A stretch of 64,000 nt of DNA, from the NCBI GenBank assembly GCA_964016885.1, contig OZ024746.1:92132001-92196000 (forward strand), in the 5' to 3' direction. Of this stretch, positions 37,512 through 51,487 are shown piece after piece (positions within the stretch are counted from its first letter, which is position 1; every line of letters begins with the position of its first letter). The notes under the pieces were generated by a model, which saw nothing but the letters and a program-made list of their open reading frames with translations, was not told the origin of the DNA and ran no database searches. The translations under genes were made by a program, and so were the position numbers. The DNA comes from Eledone cirrhosa. Taxonomy: Eukaryota.

Positions 37512-39027
37512 GTGGTGATAGTGGTGGTGCTGGTAGTGGTGGTGGTGGTAGTGGTGGTGGTAGTGGTGGTGCTGGTGCTGTTGGTGGTAGTGGTGGTAGT
37601 GGTGGTGGTAGTGGTGGCGGTGGTGGTGGTGGTGGTGGTGGTGGTGGTGATGGTGGTGAGGTTGTTGTTGTGGTGGTGGTGCTGGTGGTGCTGTTGGTGG
37701 TAGTGGTGGTGGTGGTAGTTGTGGTGGTAGTGGTGGTGCTGGTGGTGGTAGTGGTGATGGTTGTGGTGGTGGTGGTGGTGGTGCTGTTGGTGGTAGTGGT
37801 GCTGGTAGTGGTGGTGGTAGTAGTGGTGGTGCTGGTGCTGGTGGTGGTGGTAGTGGTGGTGGTGCTGGTGGTGGTGGTGGTAGTGGTGGTGGTGGTAGTG
37901 GTGGTGCTGGTAGTGGTGGTGGTGGTAGTGGTGCTGGTAGTGGTGGTGGTAGTAGTGGTGGTGCTGGTGCTGGTGGTGGTGGTAGTGATGGTGGTGCTGG
38001 TGGTGGTGGTAGTGGTGGTGGTGGTAGTGGTGGTGCTGGTAGTGGTGGTGGTGGTAGTGGTGGTGCTGGTGCTGGTGGTGGTAGTGGTGGTGCTGGTGCT
38101 GGTGGTGGTGCTGGTGGTGGTTGTGGTGGTGGTGCTGGTGGTGGTTGTGGTGGTGGTGCTGGTAGTGGTGGTGGTGGTGCTGCTGCTAGTGATAGTGGTG
38201 GTGCTGGTGCTGGTGCTGTTGGTGGTAGTGGTGGTGATAGTGGTGGTGGTGGTAGTGGTGGTGGTGGTGATGGTTGTTGTTGTGGTGGTGGTGGTGGTAG
38301 TGGTGGTGGTGGTGGTGGTGCTGGTGCTGTTGGTGGTAGTGGTGGTAGTGGTGATGGTAGTGGTGGTGGTGGTGATGGTTGTTGTTGTGGTGGTGGTGGT
38401 AGTGGTGGTGCTGGTGGTGGTGGTGCTGGTGGTGCTGGTAGTGGTGGTGGTGGTGGTGCTGGTGCTGTTGGTGGTAGTGGTGGTAGTGGTGGTGGTAGTG
38501 GTGGTGGTGGTGCTGGTGGTGGTGGTGATGGTTGTGGTGGTGGTGGTGGTAGTGGTGGTGCTGGTGATGGTGGTGAGGTTGTTGTGGTGGTGGTGGTGCT
38601 GGTGGTGCTGTTGGTGGTAGTGGTGGTGGTGGTAGTTGTGGTGGTAGTGGTGGTGCTGGTGGTGGTAGTGGTGATGGTTGTGGTGGTGGTGGTGGTGGTG
38701 CTGTTGGTGGTAGTGGTGGTGGTAGTGCTGGTGCTGGTGCTGGGAGTGGTGGTGGTGGTAGTGGTAGCGGTGGTGGTGGTGGTGGTGGTGGTGGTAGAGC
38801 TGGTGCTGGTGGTGATGGTGGTGGTGGTAGTGGTGGTGGTGGTAGTGGTGGTGGTGGTGCTGGTAGTGGTGGTGGTGGTGGTGGTGGTAGTGGCAGTGGT
38901 GATAGTGGTAGTGGTAGTGGTGGTGGTGGTGATGGTTGTTGTGGTGATAGTAGTTATAGTGGTGGTAGTGGTGGTGGTGGTAGTGGTAGTGGTAGTGATG
39001 GTGGTGGTGGTGGTAGTGGTGGTGGTG
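37512..39027. repeat. 1.5-kb degenerate (GGT)n compound microsatellite with an internal ~170-bp duplication
   Basis: Almost all triplets are single-base variants of GGT; the block at ~37630-37800 is repeated at ~38540-38715. Confidence 0.93.
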
Positions 39028-39362
39028 AGGACAAGACAAGGAACATAGTCCACTGGACAGCATCTGGCTTGTCAGATGCTGTGACCCCAGGTGGATCAGC
39101 AGTACCGTTGGTAGGGGTCAAAACTGCCAAAGTCCATCTCAATGACCGATGAACTTCCAGTTCTGTGTCCTTCATTTGTATTTTTATTTTTTTAAATACT
39201 TTTTTAAGGTTTCGCCTTGAAAAATTGTTTTTTGTTTTGTTTTGTTTCTGTTTGTTGTCTTGTCCTCTCTCTTTCTTAATTTTCTTATATATATATTTAT
39301 ATATGTATATATAATAATATTTATATATGTATATATAATAATGCTTTCTTTATTAATTAATT

Positions 39363-39401
<39 letters not shown>

Positions 39402-39727
39402 TTATTTATTTATTTATTTATTTATAATTTTTTTATTTTTTTATTTTTTTATTTTTTTATTTTTTTATTTTTTTATTTATTTATTTATTTATTATTTATT
39501 TTTTATTTATTTATTTATTCATTTATTTATTTATTGTTATGTATATATTTATTTATATGTTATGTATATATTTATTTATATGTATATATAATAAATATAA
39601 TATTATTTATACTTATATATACACTATATATAATTATAAACAGGAAAGGTCAGTAACTCATTACTACCTTATTACCAGTAAGAAAAATAGCTCAATGTAA
39701 ATACATCAGATGTTTTACAGAGCCGGA

Positions 39728-40060
39728 ATATAAATTAAAGAATAATCAAAACTATGTTCAAAACATTTTATTGCTGACAATCGTTTGGAATCATCAGAGC
39801 ACTAGCAAAGTTTAGACATATAATTAATCTCCTATTCCACAGAACAATCGTAAAGATACGTAGATGTCAGTGTTGTCATTAACAGTGTCATATTTAAAGA
39901 GTGGAGATGATGTGGTCAGTATCAATGGATGCAACAAAGATTATAAAAGAATAATACAACAATTATAGTGCTCTGATGATTCCAAACGAAAGTTTGGAAG
40001 AAACGATTGTCAGCAATAAAATGTTTTGAATATAGTTTTGATTATTCTGTAATTTATATG
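39728..40060. repeat. Fold-back inverted repeat with a ~160-bp spacer, carrying a hammerhead
   Basis: atataaatta.agaataatcaaaactat.ttcaaaacattttattgctgacaatcgttt pairs with its complement at 40001-40059. Confidence 0.85.
39969..40015 (+). ncRNA. Canonical minimal type-I hammerhead ribozyme
   Basis: tgct CTGATGA ttccaaac-GAAA-gtttggaa GAAAC gatt GTC agca. Perfect 8-bp stem II with a GNRA loop; predicted GUC cleavage after 40011. Confidence 0.88.
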
Positions 40061-40147
40061 TATATATATATATTTGTGGTAAGGTTGCTTGGATGCGTCT
40101 TTAGGTGGTATACCGGTTGAGCACTCTATGCTCCTTCAGAGCAGAGT

Positions 40148-40359
40148 ATAATAATATGGAAAACGAAGAATCAATGATGCATCGAAACACAATTTATTAA
40201 ACTATTAGAATTGTTTCTCCAGCGAACATATCTTAGGAACTTGCGAATCCAGAGTCAGGTTCGACCCACAAATAGATCGCACCTCGAGCTGTTCACCGGA
40301 GAAACATTTGTCATACGTAATAAATTATGTTTCGATGCATCACTGATTCTTCATTTTCC

Positions 40360-40368
<9 letters not shown>
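40148..40368. repeat. Diverged fold-back element
   Basis: atatggaaaacgaagaatcaatgatgcatcgaaacacaatttatt pairs with aataaattatgtttcgatgcatcactgattcttcattttccatat. Confidence 0.75.
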
Positions 40369-40391
<23 letters not shown>

Positions 40392-40734
40392 GACATTAAA
40401 CGAAGATGATGTTGATGATGATGATGTATGTTGTTATACTGGTCATGCTGCAAATAAAAACGCACCTGTAGCTTTAGCTTTTCACTTCAATTTATTATAA
40501 ATATCTGGTTGGTTGGTTGGTTTGATAACCGGATGGTTGTTTATATATTGTCAAAGCTCTTTTGTCACACATTCTGTGACCTCCTCAGTGACTGGGTTAT
40601 TATTTTGTGTCTCTCCTTTGGTCTGTCCTACACCATCTTGTTTTTGTGTGTTGTCAACACACAAAAAACAACTGGAAATGTGTAATAAGTTGAAGTGAAA
40701 ACCAACAGGTGCATGTGATTTTATTGGCTGCAGG

Positions 40735-41510
40735 ACTCTGCATCTCATCTAGTTTTACCCGGTCCCTAATCAACTGTGCTATAACTCTTTCCATTACTTT
40801 CATGACCTGGTCCATCAGCTTTATACCTCTATAGTTTCCTCTATCTAGAGCAGCACCTTTACCCTTGTAGCAGTTGACAATGATGCTACTGCACCAATCT
40901 TTTGGTATGACATCTTCTAGTATTACTTGGTTAACAATACGTGTGGTTATGGTGTGACCTACCGACCCAGATGCTTTCAGCATCTCGGCAGCTATACCCG
41001 ATCCACCAGTTGCCTTCCCAGTCTTCATATCTTTAATTGCCTTACTTACTATCCTACTGCTGACTTGTATTGCTGGACCCTCTATAGAGTCCACTTGGGG
41101 TAGGGTCTCTTTCTCCCATGCATTCTCCTCATTTAATAATCTTTCATAATGGCTCTTCCACGCAGCTTTCTTCTCAGCACTTGTGAGGGCAAGCTCACCT
41201 TTATCATTCCGGACACACTTCTCTCCAATGACATCACAATTTTCTCTAACACATTGCCTCGCAATACTGAACACCTCCTGTTTCTGGGCCTCATGTTGCA
41301 AAACATGCTTCCCTTCTAGCTAAGTATACTTGTTGCCTAGCTTCCCTCCTGGTCTCTGTGTAATGTACCCTGCTCTCCCCATTCTTCCATTCTTTCCATG
41401 TCTGTCTCTTATCCTTAACTGCCTCATCTACCTTATTGTTCCACCACCAAGTCACTCTCCACCTCCCTGTGGTCTTGCTCCAACCACAAATCTCGTCTGT
41501 CGCCTTTGGT
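40735..41510 (-). mobile_element. Internal RTE family-A fragment (linker to RT start)
   Basis: ORFs 40654-41518 are homologous to ATDEVCGWSK...IDEMQ of the full-length protein. Confidence 0.92.
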
Positions 41511-41764
41511 ATATACATATATATATATATATGTGTACTTATGTATGATAAAAAAGATAATTTCGCTCTACATGGCTGAATACAATAAATATAATGTGAG
41601 TTTTTCGAATATTAATAATAACATTTCGTTTGCAATTTTGCAAACGAGCCTCAATTGCAAACAGGCCGGCCATTTATCGCTCGTTTCATCCTTACGGGGT
41701 CGATAAAATAAAGTACCAGTAATGCACTGGGTAATTGCTGGCCTTGTGCCTAAAGTAGAAACAA

Positions 41765-44700
41765 TTATATTAATTAGAGTATCCTACTAATGACTCATTA
41801 AGGTGTCTAGTTATGTTAATTAGAGTATCCTACTAATGACTCATTAAGGTGTCTAGTTATGTTAATTAGAGTATCCTACTAATGATTCATTAAGGTGTCT
41901 AGTTATATTAATTAGAGTATCCTACTAATGACTCGTTAAGGTGTCTAGTTATATTAATTAGAGTATCCTACTAATGACTCATTAAGGTGTCTAGTTATGT
42001 TAATTAGAGTATCCTACTTTATGTTAATTAGAGTATCCTACTAATGACTCGTTAAGGTGTCTAGTTATGTTAATTAGAGTATCCTACTTTATGTTAATTA
42101 GAGTATCCTACTAATGACTCATTAAGGTGTCTAGTTATATTAATTAAAGTATCCTACTAATGACACGTTAAGCTGTCTAGTTATATTAATTAGAGTATCC
42201 TACTAATGACACGTTAAGCTGTCTAGTTATATTAATTAGAGTATCCTACTAATGACTCATTAAGGTGTCTAGTTATATTAATTAAAGTATCCTACTAATG
42301 ACACGTTAAGCTGTCTAGTTATATTAATTAGAGTATCCTACTAATGACTCGTTAAGGTGTCTAGTTATGTTAATTAAAGTATCCTACTAATGACACGTTA
42401 AGCTGTCTAGTTATATTAATTAGAGTATCCTACTAATGACACGTTAAGCTGTCTAGTTATATTAATTAGAGTATCCTACTAATGACTCGTTAAGCTGTCT
42501 AGTTATATTAATTAGAGTATCCTACTAATGACTCATTAAGCTGTCTAGTTATATTAATTAGAGTATCCTACTAATGACACGTTAAGCTGTCTAGTTATGT
42601 TAATTAAAGTATCCTACTAATGACACGTTAAGCTGTCTAGTTATATTAATTAGAGTATCCTACTAATGACACGTTAAGCTGTCTAGTTATATTAATTAGA
42701 GTATCCTACTAATGACTCGTTAAGCTGTCTAGTTATATTAATTAGAGTATCCTACTAATGACTCGTTAAGGTGTCTAGTTATATTAATTAGAGTATCCTA
42801 CTAATGACACGTTAAGCTGTCTAGTTATATTAATTAGAGTATCCTACTAATGACACGTTAAGCTGTCTAGTTATATTAGTTAGAGTATCCTACTAATGAC
42901 TCGTTAAGGTGTCTAGTTATATTAATTAGAGTATCCTACTAATGACTCATTAAGGTGTCTAGTTATATTAATTAAAGTATCCTACTAATGACACGTTAAG
43001 CTGTCTAGTTATATTAATTAGAGTATCCTACTAATGACACGTTAAGCTGTCTAGTTATATTAATTAGAGTATCCTACTAATGATTCGTTAAGCTGTCTAG
43101 TTATATTAATTAAAGTATCCTACTAATGACTCGTTAAGGTGTCTAGTTATATTAATTAAAGTATCCTACTAATGACACGTTAAGCTGTCTAGTTATATTA
43201 ATTAGAGTATCCTACTAATGACTCGTTAAGGTGTCTAGTTATATTAATTAGAGTATCCTACTAATGACTCGTTAAGCTGTCTAGTTATATTAATTAAAGT
43301 ATCCTACTAATGACACGTTAAGCTGTCTAGTTATATTAATTAGAGTATCCTACTAATGACTCGTTAAGGTGTCTAGTTATATTAATTAGAGTATCCTACT
43401 AATGACTCGTTAAGCTGTCTAGTTATATTAATTAAAGTATCCTACTAATGACTCGTTAAGGTGTCTAGTTATGTTAATTAGAGTATCCTACTAATGACTC
43501 GTTAAGCTGTCTAGTTATATTAATTAGAGTATCCTACTAATGACTCGTTAAGGTGTCTAGTTATGTTAATTAAAGTATCCTACTAATGACTCGTTAAGGT
43601 GTCTAGTTATGTTAATTAGAGTATCCTACTAATGACTCGTTAAGCTGTCTAGTTATATTAATTAGAGTATCCTACTAATGACTCGTTAAGCTGTCTAGTT
43701 ATATTAATTAGAGTATCCTACTAATGACTCATTAAGCTGTCTAGTTATATTAATTAGAGTATCCTACTAATGACTCGTTAAGCTGTCTAGTTATATTAAT
43801 TAGAGTATCCTACTAATGACTCGTTAAGGTGTCTAGTTATGTTAATTAGAGTATCCTACTAATGACTCGTTAAGCTGTCTAGTTATATTAATTAGAGTAT
43901 CCTACTAATGACTCGTTAAGCTGTCTAGTTATATTAATTAGAGTATCCTACTAATGACTCGTTAAGGTGTCTAGTTATGTTAATTAGAGTATCCTACTAA
44001 TGACTCGTTAAGCTGTCTAGTTATATTAATTAGAGTATCCTACTAATGACTCGTTAAGCTGTCTAGTTATATTAATTAGAGTATCCTACTAATGACTCGT
44101 TAAGCTGTCTAGTTATATTAATTAGAGTATCCTACTAATGACTCGTTAAGGTGTCTAGTTATGTTAATTAGAGTATCCTACTAATGACTCGTTAAGGTGT
44201 CTAGTTATATTAATTAGAGTATCCTACTAATGACTCGTTAAGCTGTCTAGTTATATTAATTAGAGTATCCTACTAATGACTCGTTAAGCTGTCTAGTTAT
44301 ATTAATTAGAGTATCCTACTAATGACTCGTTAAGCTGTCTAGTTATATTAATTAGAGTATCCTACTAATGACTCGTTAAGGTGTCTAGTTATGTTAATTA
44401 GAGTATCCTACTAATGACTCGTTAAGCTGTCTAGTTATATTAATTAGAGTATCCTACTAATGACTCGTTAAGCTGTCTAGTTATATTAATTAGAGTATCC
44501 TACTAATGACTCGTTAAGGTGTCTAGTTATGTTAATTAGAGTATCCTACTAATGACTCGTTAAGGTGTCTAGTTATGTTAATTAGAGTATCCTACTAATG
44601 ACTCGTTAAGGTGTCTAGTTATATTAATTAGAGTATCCTACTAATGACTCGTTAAGGTGTCTAGTTATATTAATTAGAGTATCCTACTAATGACTCGTTA

Positions 44701-47700
44701 AGGTGTCTAGTTATGTTAATTAGAGTATCCTACTAATGACTCGTTAAGGTGTCTAGTTATATTAATTAGAGTATCCTACTAATGACTCGTTAAGGTGTCT
44801 AGTTATATTAATTAGAGTATCCTACTAATGACTCGTTAAGGTGTCTAGTTATATTAATTAGAGTATCCTACTAATGACTCGTTAAGGTGTCTAGTTATAT
44901 TAATTAGAGTATCCTACTAATGACTCGTTAAGGTGTCTAGTTATATTAATTAGAGTATCCTACTAATGACTCGTTAAGGTGTCTAGTTATATTAATTAGA
45001 GTATCCTACTAATGACTCGTTAAGGTGTCTAGTTATATTAATTAGAGTATCCTACTAATGACTCGTTAAGGTGTCTAGTTATATTAATTAGAGTATCCTA
45101 CTAATGACTCGTTAAGGTGTCTAGTTATATTAATTAGAGTATCCTACTAATGACTCGTTAAGGTGTCTAGTTATATTAATTAGAGTATCCTACTAATGAC
45201 TCGTTAAGGTGTCTAGTTATATTAATTAGAGTATCCTACTAATGACTCGTTAAGGTGTCTAGTTATATTAATTAGAGTATCCTGCTAATGACTCGTTAAG
45301 GTGTCTAGTTATATTAATTAGAGTATCCTACTAATGACTCGTTAAGGTGTCTAGTTATATTAATTAGAGTATCCTACTAATGACTCGTTAAGGTGTCTAG
45401 TTATATTAATTAGAGTATCCTACTAATGACTCGTTAAGGTGTCTAGTTATATTAATTAGAGTATCCTACTAATGACTCGTTAAGGTGTCTAGTTATATTA
45501 ATTAGAGTATCCTACTAATGACTCGTTAAGGTGTCTAGTTATATTAATTAGAGTATCCTACTAATGACTCGTTAAGGTGTCTAGTTATGTTAATTAGAGT
45601 ATCCTACTAATGACTCGTTAAGGTGTCTAGTTATGTTAATTAGAGTATCCTGCTAATGACTCGTTAAGGTGTCTAGTTATATTAATTAGAGTATCCTACT
45701 AATGACTCGTTAAGGTGTCTAGTTATATTAATTAGAGTATCCTACTAATGACTCGTTAAGGTGTCTAGTTATATTAATTAGAGTATCCTGCTAATGACTC
45801 GTTAAGGTGTCTAGTTATATTAATTAGAGTATCCTACTAATGACTCGTTAAGGTGTCTAGTTATATTAATTAGAGTATCCTACTAATGACTCGTTAAGGT
45901 GTCTAGTTATATTAATTAGAGTATCCTACTAATGACTCGTTAAGGTGTCTAGTTATGTTAATTAGAGTATCCTACTAATGACTCGTTAAGGTGTCTAGTT
46001 ATATTAATTAGAGTATCCTGCTAATGACTCGTTAAGGTGTCTAGTTATATTAATTAGAGTATCCTACTAATGACTCGTTAAGGTGTCTAGTTATATTAAT
46101 TAGAGTATCCTACTAATGACTCGTTAAGGTGTCTAGTTATATTAATTAGAGTATCCTACTAATGACTCGTTAAGGTGTCTAGTTATGTTAATTAGAGTAT
46201 CCTACTAATGACTCGTTAAGGTGTCTAGTTATGTTAATTAGAGTATCCTGCTAATGACTCGTTAAGGTGTCTAGTTATATTAATTAGAGTATCCTACTAA
46301 TGACTCGTTAAGGTGTCTAGTTATATTAATTAGAGTATCCTACTAATGACTCGTTAAGGTGTCTAGTTATATTAATTAGAGTATCCTACTAATGACTCGT
46401 TAAGGTGTCTAGTTATATTAATTAGAGTATCCTACTAATGACTCGTTAAGGTGTCTAGTTATATTAATTAGAGTATCCTACTAATGACTCGTTAAGGTGT
46501 CTAGTTATATTAATTAGAGTATCCTACTAATGACTCGTTAAGGTGTCTAGTTATATTAATTAGAGTATCCTACTAATGACTCGTTAAGGTGTCTAGTTAT
46601 ATTAATTAGAGTATCCTACTAATGACTCGTTAAGGTGTCTAGTTATATTAATTAGAGTATCCTGCTAATGACTCGTTAAGGTGTCTAGTTATATTAATTA
46701 GAGTATCCTACTAATGACTCGTTAAGGTGTCTAGTTATATTAATTAGAGTATCCTACTAATGACTCGTTAAGGTGTCTAGTTATATTAATTAGAGTATCC
46801 TACTAATGACTCGTTAAGGTGTCTAGTTATGTTAATTAGAGTATCCTACTAATGACTCGTTAAGGTGTCTAGTTATATTAATTAGAGTATCCTACTAATG
46901 ACTCGTTAAGGTGTCTAGTTATATTAATTAGAGTATCCTACTAATGACTCGTTAAGGTGTCTAGTTATATTAATTAGAGTATCCTACTAATGACTCGTTA
47001 AGGTGTCTAGTTATATTAATTAGAGTATCCTACTAATGACTCGTTAAGGTGTCTAGTTATATTAATTAGAGTATCCTACTAATGACTCGTTAAGGTGTCT
47101 AGTTATATTAATTAGAGTATCCTACTAATGACTCGTTAAGGTGTCTAGTTATATTAATTAGAGTATCCTACTAATGACTCGTTAAGGTGTCTAGTTATAT
47201 TAATTAGAGTATCCTACTAATGACTCGTTAAGGTGTCTAGTTATATTAATTAGAGTATCCTACTAATGACTCGTTAAGGTGTCTAGTTATATTAATTAGA
47301 GTATCCTACTAATGACTCGTTAAGGTGTCTAGTTATATTAATTAGAGTATCCTGCTAATGACTTGTTAAGGTGTCTAGTTATATTAATTAGAGTATCCTA
47401 CTAATGACTCGTTAAGGTGTCTAGTTATATTAATTAGAGTATCCTACTAATGACTCGTTAAGGTGTCTAGTTATATTAATTAGAGTATCCTGCTAATGAC
47501 TCGTTAAGGTGTCTAGTTATATTAATTAGAGTATCCTGCTAATGACTCGTTAAGGTGTCTAGTTATATTAATTAGAGTATCCTACTAATGACTCGTTAAG
47601 GTGTCTAGTTATATTAATTAGAGTATCCTACTAATGACTCGTTAAGGTGTCTAGTTATATTAATTAGAGTATCCTGCTAATGACTCGTTAAGGTGTCTAG

Positions 47701-48393
47701 TTATATTAATTAGAGTATCCTACTAATGACTCGTTAAGGTGTCTAGTTATATTAATTAGAGTATCCTACTAATGACTCGTTAAGGTGTCTAGTTATATTA
47801 ATTAGAGTATCCTACTAATGACTCGTTAAGGTGTCTAGTTATATTAATTAGAGTATCCTACTAATGACTCGTTAAGGTGTCTAGTTATATTAATTAGAGT
47901 ATCCTGCTAATGACTTGTTAAGGTGTCTAGTTATATTAATTAGAGTATCCTACTAATGACTCGTTAAGGTGTCTAGTTATATTAATTAGAGTATCCTACT
48001 AATGACTCGTTAAGGTGTCTAGTTATATTAATTAGAGTATCCTGCTAATGACTCGTTAAGGTGTCTAGTTATATTAATTAGAGTATCCTGCTAATGACTC
48101 GTTAAGGTGTCTAGTTATATTAATTAGAGTATCCTACTAATGACTCGTTAAGGTGTCTAGTTATATTAATTAGAGTATCCTACTAATGACTCGTTAAGGT
48201 GTCTAGTTATATTAATTAGAGTATCCTGCTAATGACTCGTTAAGGTGTCTAGTTATATTAATTAGAGTATCCTACTAATGACTCGTTAAGGTGTCTAGTT
48301 ATATTAATTAGAGTATCCTACTAATGACTCGTTAAGGTGTCTAGTTATATTAATTAGAGTATCCTACTAATGACTCGTTAAGGTGTCTAGTTA
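41765..48393. repeat. 46-bp satellite (~144 copies), highly homogeneous
   Basis: Unit ttaattagagtatcctactaatgactcgttaaggtgtctagttata; it begins at the tail of a SINE-B fragment (41683-41769). Confidence 0.98.
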
Positions 48394-48427
48394 ACAACCT
48401 TTCATTGTTGTTGTTGTGGCCTGTCTT

Positions 48428-48776
48428 AATCACCATCATCATCATGATTGTCCTTACTGTCATCATCATCATCACCATCATCTTAATCACCATCGCCATC
48501 ATCATCATTGTCATCATCACCATCACCATCACCATCATCATCTTTACCATTATCATCACCATCATCACCATCATCATGATTCATCATCACCATCACCACC
48601 ACCATGATCATCATCATCCCCCCTCATCACCACCATCATCATCATCACCATCCCCATCATCATCATCATGATTCACCATCACCACCATCATCATCATCAC
48701 CACCATCCCCACCACCACCATCATCATCACCACCATCACCACCATCATCATCATCATCATCGCCACCATCACCACC

Positions 48777-48810
<34 letters not shown>

Positions 48811-48836
48811 TCATCATTATCATCATCATCATCATC
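48428..48836. repeat. (CAT/CAC)n compound microsatellite, probably an expanded RTE tail
   Basis: Followed by a degenerate ccattttcctttctagcaagggttggg terminus and ctggatgtcttccctatcatcaacc. Confidence 0.85.
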
Positions 48837-49168
48837 CATTTTCCTTTCTAGCAAGGGTTGGGCATGTCACAGACAAAGTCTAATTGGAGCTACTGACTTC
48901 TTGGGTTGACTGGGGTCTGTATGTCACTTACATATGTCTGCACTTTACAGAGTGTACTGGGTGCATCTTATTGTAATACCAACACCAATCCTTTGTTTGG
49001 CAACTTTACGACTGGATGTCTTCCCTATCATCAACCACCTTACAATGTGTAAACAATGTTGTAGTTGTTTTATTTTAGCAGCAACAGTGTTGTAGAAATA
49101 ACTAGATAGTTGTGTCAAAACATATTCTCTCCTCTTCATTTGGAGTTACACCATTGAGCTTTTCTTGT

Positions 49169-49385
49169 TTAACCCTTTCCCATTTCCATTACTCTATATA
49201 TACTATTGTATTTTCACGGGAAACATTTTATTTCACATAATTATTTCATATAATATTAAATCTATGAGATTTTGATATTGTTTATTTTGAGAACAATAGC
49301 TTAACATAAGTATGAGCAGCTATTTACAACCAGAACAGAAAGAGGTGAGAGGATTCTGGCCAGATACTTTAAATGCTGAAGGGTG
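49169..49385. mobile_element. piggyBac-like MITE copy
   Basis: Starts with ttaaccctttc; homologous to 5775-6112 and 3470-3640. Confidence 0.55.
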
Positions 49386-50311
49386 CAGTTTATTTCATAT
49401 AGATCTGTAATAAATTATATTCCAGCTGTGACTATTTAAATGTTTTTATATAGCCAGGCCGTTATTATTTTTAAATGGAAACGTATGTTGTGAAATATAT
49501 TTAGCTGCTGTTTCTAGAAGGTTGAGTAACTACATTGAAGCTCCTGGATTACTTAGCTTCTGGAGATAAGCTAGAGTGGTCTGTTTCTATTCTTTCACTC
49601 ACACACTGCTGGGTACAAAGCCAAGACAGTTAACTCTGAATATTTCAGTCTAACTGTAAATATCCTAGAGAATTGAACTTCATTTTCCTAGCTTGTGTAT
49701 AATGGACAAATGTTTTGTTAGCTTACAGTGCTAGAATGAAACTCTCCATTAACTAAATCTTGGATATGTTAATCTCTTGAGTGAATGGATGCTTCTCATT
49801 TATTGACTTGAAAAGAGGGACAAATTTCAATATACCACAATCCTTCCAGGTTATGCATTAACATATCCATGTTATGGATAAAAACATGAAAGAAGACTTT
49901 GAATTCATTCTCCTGTCTTTGAATCATGCCACAAAATATCCTCCAATCTACATTTTCTCTGTTTTCGATTCTTTTGAAGTTCTGTGGTTTACAAGAGAGC
50001 TATAAATCAACCACAATATCATAAATAACCATGAAAATCTGGTCTTTGATTTAGCTGAAATAAATTCTAGGAATCTTTAAGAGATCCTTTCAAGAGATGT
50101 GCATGTAGCTATGACTTTTCACAAACCTATAATCAGCTCCACATTCATATTGATGAACATTACAGAAGCCATGTATAGCATATCAACTCATATACTCTTC
50201 CTGAATACCGCTCATCTTGCTGCTTCCATCATTCATATTTATGTCTCACAATGGGTCACTGTTGGTTTGGATGGTGAATATTATAGTTGCTTCATCACTG
50301 GTGATCAACAT

Positions 50312-50560
50312 TAACCTGTACGCGGCTGAGCATTCCACAGACACGTGTACCCTTAACATTAGGAAGATTCAGCAGGTACAGTCCCTCTGACTGGCTTTCA
50401 AACAGTTTTCGTCCACCCAATTTTTCGTCTACCCAATTTCTCTTACAAAAGGTGGGTTAACCTGAGGCTATGCAAAATGACACACAAGATGTCATGCAGT
50501 GGGAACCCAGGAGCTAAAGATTGCAAAACAACTCATTAACCATTCAGCCATGCTGCCTCT
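50312..50560 (-). mobile_element. Old tRNA-derived SINE
   Basis: Minus-strand head ggcagcatggctgaatggttaatgag, with a degenerate B box. Confidence 0.5.
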
Positions 50561-51487
50561 ATATACAGAGATACTCACATAAGAACTGTCATACACAATG
50601 AACCTTAAAACCCTCATAATTGAAGCCCTTCTCCCTCAGTTTAACTTGATATTCTCCAACATATATTTCCATATTTCTTTACTCTATTTATTTAGTCAGG
50701 TATCTTATCTTTTAGTCAGAGTGGTTTGATAAGAACAAAAATAAAGATTTTCTTTGGTTCTAGTGTGAATTTAAGCATCTCAGATATCACATCAAATTAT
50801 TTTCCAGTATTTTCTGACAAGCTTTGGACAGCCTCAGAAATAGTCTGACCTATGACTATCAGTGTGTAAAATGTAATTGATCAAAGTGTCAACAAAGATG
50901 TCTACAGGAAGATCATCTATTTCTTAAAATAAGTCAAATGCATCAACATATTCTATTTCATTGCTAGCCATTAATTGATTACTATTGATAATCTGTAATA
51001 AGATGTTACACATCTCTTTAAAGATATTCTTTCTCATCAGTTTATCGTTTAGATTACTGAACAATCAACAAAATATATACATACAAATAATTTGTTTTAT
51101 TAGAAAGCTACAGCAATGTGAATGGAGACATTAAATGTTTAAAATATTGATAACAAAGATGTTGGAACATTTACCTTTGAGTTGTTTAACACTCCTTCAT
51201 GATTAGTGGTTAGATAATTGGAGCTGCAATTGTGAGGTTGTGTGTTCGATTCCTGGACCAAGCAATGTGTTATGTCCTTGAGCAAGACACTTTATTTCAT
51301 GCTTCTCTTTCTGCCAGTAGTTGTGACTCTATCAGCAATGGAAGGACCAAGGGAAACATAGTTTCCTTAGTCTGATTTCATGAATTCCACCCCACTTAAT
51401 ATGTGAGTGAGGTCTGGGGTCTTGTTGATCAATCTAAGACTTTGGGATAAATATTCCATCATTAAAAGAAGAATTGAGGAAATTTAC

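Noticed and set aside
37419-39063. Pro/Thr/His-rich (or Gly-rich) 540-aa ORFs suggesting a mucin, extensin or formin
   Set aside because: Degenerate (GGT)n microsatellite with frame switches, open in several frames and with no convincing splice sites.
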